From Bugula neritina (lineage: Eukaryota; Animalia; Bryozoa): a DNA stretch of 64,000 nucleotides. Every line of letters starts with the position of its first letter. The stretch's first letter is position 1. The translations under genes were made by a program, and so were the position numbers. A model generated the notes under the pieces. It worked only from the letters and a program-made list of their open reading frames with translations. It was not told where the DNA came from and ran no database searches. The DNA lies in assembly GCA_964035545.1 (NCBI GenBank), contig OZ037765.1:2356001-2420000 (forward strand), in the 5' to 3' direction. Positions 59,363 through 64,000 of the stretch are shown in pieces.

Positions 59363-62300
59363 TTAAACGGTTGTGCCAATATTTTCATGATCGAGCTTTG
59401 TCGTTACAACCTGCTCGTAACTGGGAGGTAATTTACTGTTGTCAGCAGAGTTTTCTTCTCTTGCTTCTACTATTACAGAATCAGCAGTAGTCTGTCTTCT
59501 TTGAGTATTTGAATGTTTCACATAGACTGCAGTGCCTATACTCAGACTAACCACGAGTACCGCAACTACTACTAAGATTATTATCACCGTGGAGTTGAGC
59601 ACGTATTTAGTCTCTATGATTCTTTCATTCACAACTTCCGGCTGACTCGGGTTCTGACTAGTAACGTCAGTTGGCAGCTTGCCAGAGTTAGCATGCTGCT
59701 GAAGATTTATAACTAGAAGGTTATTGCCGAGTTTAGAGTCGGGTAAAGCTCTCCTGCGTCTTCCTTGAAGCACGGCATCGGCAGCGTCTATTCTATACAG
59801 GATATGCAGATGCCATCTCTGACCAGCCGTCATCTGAAATGCAAGAAACACAGGCTATCTCAAGATATTAAAAATAATTTATCAAATCGCTTAGCAATAG
59901 CCTCTGAACTATCAGATCAACTCTAAAATGGGAAGGCTATTTGATCTGACGGTTCAGAAGCTAAAGACACACAGCTTAAAGATCTTGTGACGTGATCTTT
60001 AAATCCTAATACAAAAAATTCAAATCAACAGAGAAGTATTTCGTCTTCTCCTAGCATTATTTCTGAAAAGAAGCGGACAAAAGAGAGACTTACGGCGAAG
60101 AGCGGGTCGACACTCATGGCGAACCCGTCAGTGCCGGGCATGTCGTTTATTTCAGCTAATCCCGGCATGGAGTCTGCAAAGTTTGCTTTGAATGGTAAGC
60201 CATAGAAGTATTTAGTAGTAACGTCCTCTTGACCTCTATCCTGTGAGAGTAGCGTAATAGACATCATTGTATTTGAGTCATATTATGAAGAGTATAGACA
60301 TCTTTGTATTTGTGTTATGATACAAAATAAACAAGTAATTTTTGAAGTAAAAGATTTAGATAAATATTGTTTTTTATACAACATAATATTTACTATTTTG
60401 TGATATAGTATTTAAATTATATTATTATTCTTAATTAGCAGCACTGCGAACTTATGTTGTTAATATTTACTGTTTGGTACTGTAAAAATGTTACAAAAGT
60501 GATTCTTATTTTTGTGCAATTATAACAATACTATTGCAGTTAGAAATTGTGAATTCTATTAAAAGCAGTTTTATAAGATAGGCAAACTAATATGATGCTT
60601 TTAATATGCTAGCAGCAGATATGATAGAAAAAATTTAGAAACTAACAGAGTTTTAATAAAAATCAACATAAAATGTTTAAAGTTATAAGAATGACTTGTC
60701 GATGCAAATACAAAAATATGATTTGGTGAGAAACATTGTTGCATTTGTAGCAAAGACAGTTCTTATAAATTCACTAAAACTTAATTCACTCACCAATAAC
60801 AGGAAGCGATGCTTCAATTTGTTGCTTGACTCTAAACATCCGTACTGAGCTCCTTCATTATAAATCACTCCTGTAGGGTCGTATGTCGGGGTGTAGCCAT
60901 CACGCCCCGCACATATAAACACTTTGTCTAGTTGAATACGGAAAGCTGAATCCAAGTCTTGTGAGGGATCCCAAAACACTCTACCAAATAGTCTTTCTCC
61001 TTTTTCGAAAACTCCTAAAATAATTCAAAATGCTGATCACTGCTAGATTCAAGGAAAGTGGTTGAACAAGTTCCAATAATACTTTCAAAATAAAAAGATC
61101 AGGACATAAATTGAATGATATTGGAAATTGAAACAAGCATGAACTTGCAAGTTTATGTACTAATATGCCTACATATTGTAAAATTTTAATTGATATTTAA
61201 CTATTTTATTTTCTTTATCTCAATTCTTTCATTATTTTAATATTATTAGCGTTACCATGGAAATCGCCACCATCTTCCTCAGAGACTGCTCCCATTGGAT
61301 CCATTAAGAAGAACCGCTTACTGTTGGTAACTTGAAACTGTGTATTCAGAGTGTAAACTGCAGGAACGGGTCTATTCGACTGCTGAAAGGCGATCTGCAG
61401 TGGGAAACTGAGCACTTTTTTTATAGAACACTTGTGCTGCCCTGAGTCAGCATAAGACTGGGAGGCAGCGGCGACGCAAGCAAGCAGGCGCAACGTGTAA
61501 GTGCCGGAGTAGTCCTGCAGACTGTACCTGCTGACTACCCGCCATATTTGCACCGGGCCATCGTATGTAGGCTGAGACCAGACGAGTCTCAAGTTGAACC
61601 TGCTGTCTACAGTGTCTGGGGCTACTATTTCACCAACTTGGCCGGGTAAAGCAGTGTAGTGGTTGAGAACCAGAAGTCCTGTAAGATGAAGCACAGCATG
61701 ACGCTCTTGTTAATACAATGGGATTACTTCTGATTATAAATAGTCAGAAAAAAGAGTATACAAGATTCAAGAACTATATTTTGTACGAAATTCTATTATA
61801 CTATGTTGTAACAATAGTATGACTATTCTATATTGTTAATATTGCATTTATTATTGTGTTATATTACTATACTACAGTATAATGATATAATACAGTAGTA
61901 TAATGCAATATTAACAATATAGAATAGTCATACTATTGTTACAATATAGTATAATAATATTTCTTACAAAGTATAGTTCTTAAATCTTTAATGTAGACAT
62001 TATCAAATTGTGATATTATATTATTGCATAATGTTATGAAAATAATATAACAGTATAACCAGAGTCCAATAACAATATAAAAAGTGAACAGACCTCTAAA
62101 TTTAGCATGAGTTCTTAGTTGCATTGCCAGTTTGCCGTCTTCTCCGATCCCAACTCGAATGATGTCTACAGAAGCATCTGGTTCCTGCAAGATGTCTACT
62201 CCAGTATGGAACTTCACCGAGTCATAGTAGAACGAGAACTCCAGGGTGGTCTGGTGATCCAGAGACACCCAGCCAGCCGGTGCCTTAGCGTATATGTAAG

Positions 62301-63555
62301 ACACGTGCAGTGGTTGATGTACCGTGACAAAGCTGTTGGAAGCAGACTCGACGTCAAAGTTTCTCGTGACTCGCCCTCCACAGTAATCCACGAGATGCGA
62401 CAACTCGTACCAAGCCTCGAATGTCCACCTGCAGGTCACTCTGTTTAAGTGTCTGTATAGTTGAACAGCTTTGTCAACTCTCCCGGGAGGATCAGCTACT
62501 CCACTGCTGTAGAAGTCATTGCTGAGAAACCCATTGATCTCCGAGGATGTTGAGATGTCAGACGTATTGGGGAGGTTTGAGCAGAAGTGCTGCTTAGTAA
62601 AAGAGGTCTGTGTGAGAAGATAGTCTACGTTATAGATGGGCATTGTAGAGATCAAAGGCAACATGCCGTCTTGGTGCGGGATTTCCACCTTGATGTGGAT
62701 CTTATTAGAGGTTGAGGAGCTAGCCTCAGGTTCTACATAGTCTAGAGTCGCTGTGAAGGACTGGGCTCCTAAGGCCCCGTGTGAATTGGGAATTACAGGG
62801 TTGGAACAGACACCTCTGGAGTGGACAGCTACACTGGCACTACGTATTGGCACCCCTAAAGTAAACAAAAAAATATAGCAACTTAATAATAATTAGTATA
62901 TAAATAAATAATAAATAATTAATTTAATTAAATAGTTGAACAAATTATAAAGACTAGCAAGTGAAAGCTTTAATGAAAAGTAAGCGAATAATAAAATAAA
63001 AAATGGTTGAATATATATATATTATGTAACTGAGCATATTACCTGCATAGTTTAAATACATAAATAGTAGTCATATTGGAAACATATTATATAAAATTTA
63101 AACTCTTTCTGCAGTACTTGATATAAACTTGGTATAATCAGAATGCAATTAGGTGACCATTTGTAATACACAATACATGCAAGCACTTCTGCATGTATCT
63201 TATAATTAAGATAGTTTCATACTTCTTACACACACATTACTGTAAGACGTATAAAGTGAAATAATAAATACTGATCTAAACTGCACCCACACACACCTGT
63301 ATGACCGTCAGGCCGAACTGGAGTCGCGATACATCGCACGTTGAACCCGGCCCTGAAATGAAACGTCTCAAGCAGCTGTGTATCTACTTTGGAGAAGGTC
63401 GTAGCCTGAGAAACCTTGAGATATGCGGAGACTTTACCATTAGACCTCACTGGGTAAGACAACTCCCACCCGTACTGAATTGCAGATGAGTTTATATTAG
63501 AACTTTGGCAAATTTCTTCTGTTTCAGCGTATTGTGGGTAAAGAGGATCACAGGG
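59363..63555 (-). CDS. FRAS1: Extracellular matrix organizing protein FRAS1, last six exons (gene continues beyond the window)
   Basis: Exons 63555-63297, 62855-62094, 61678-61256, 61014-60794, 60240-60094, 59833-59363. Motifs PCDP, IHIKVEIPHQDGMLPLISTMP, LYRHLN..TCRWTF, LQDYSGTY, FQQSNRPVPAVYTLNTQFQ and GTDGF match the FRAS1 C-terminal region, followed by a TM helix and a PDZ-type end GTTV. Confidence 0.9.
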
Positions 63556-64000
63556 CTAGAAATAAACACAATGATGTCAGCTATTAAACATCCACCATTT
63601 TTTTGCTGTTGTTCGGTGCATCAAAGATGCTGCAAAGCCATTGCTTTGAAGCCAATCATGTATGAATTTTGTTTATTAAACTACGTTGTGATCAGCTTAG
63701 CAGCCATGACTTCTCAGTGACTTTAGTGAATAGAAACACAGCGACTGAAACGCCAGAAGTGGAGCTTAGTTTACGTCAGCATCAATAAGATTGAACCCCA
63801 ATTTATGGGAGTAAAATTCCACAGGGGTGTATTATATAAGCTTGAGTAATATTTCAATACATCAACATACATTTTCACTTGACAATAAAATATCACTTTA
63901 AGTAAATTGGAATCAGGAAGACCCAAACTTTTCAGTCACACAGAAAGTACAAAGCAACAGAAGTTTTGTGAATAGAACCACAGCATAGAGATCTCTTAGT

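Overview
AT-rich, intron-rich animal genomic DNA from an invertebrate. The species cannot be fixed from the sequence, and there are no prokaryotic features. I reconstructed seven protein-coding genes exon by exon, with consistent splice phases: KHDC4/BLOM7 (+, 5' end missing), WDR54 (-), a HIG1-domain gene (+), MAPKAPK2 (+), a BMP type II receptor (BMPR2/wishful thinking, +), VPS16 (-, 20 exons) and the 3' end of FRAS1 (-). An eighth gene, SPMIP1/ATP6V1FNB-like, is nested antisense inside VPS16 intron 13. VPS16 intron 11 is a minor-spliceosome (U12) intron. The introns carry a tRNA-derived SINE family (an inverted pair flanks WDR54 exons 5-6), a Harbinger-type MITE, a probable solo LTR, several long hairpins and many mini- and microsatellites. 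The most striking recurring pattern is that many local tandem duplications start on, or contain, the exon-intron junction itself, producing arrays of decoy donors and acceptors. Gene names come from recalled protein motifs, not from a database search.
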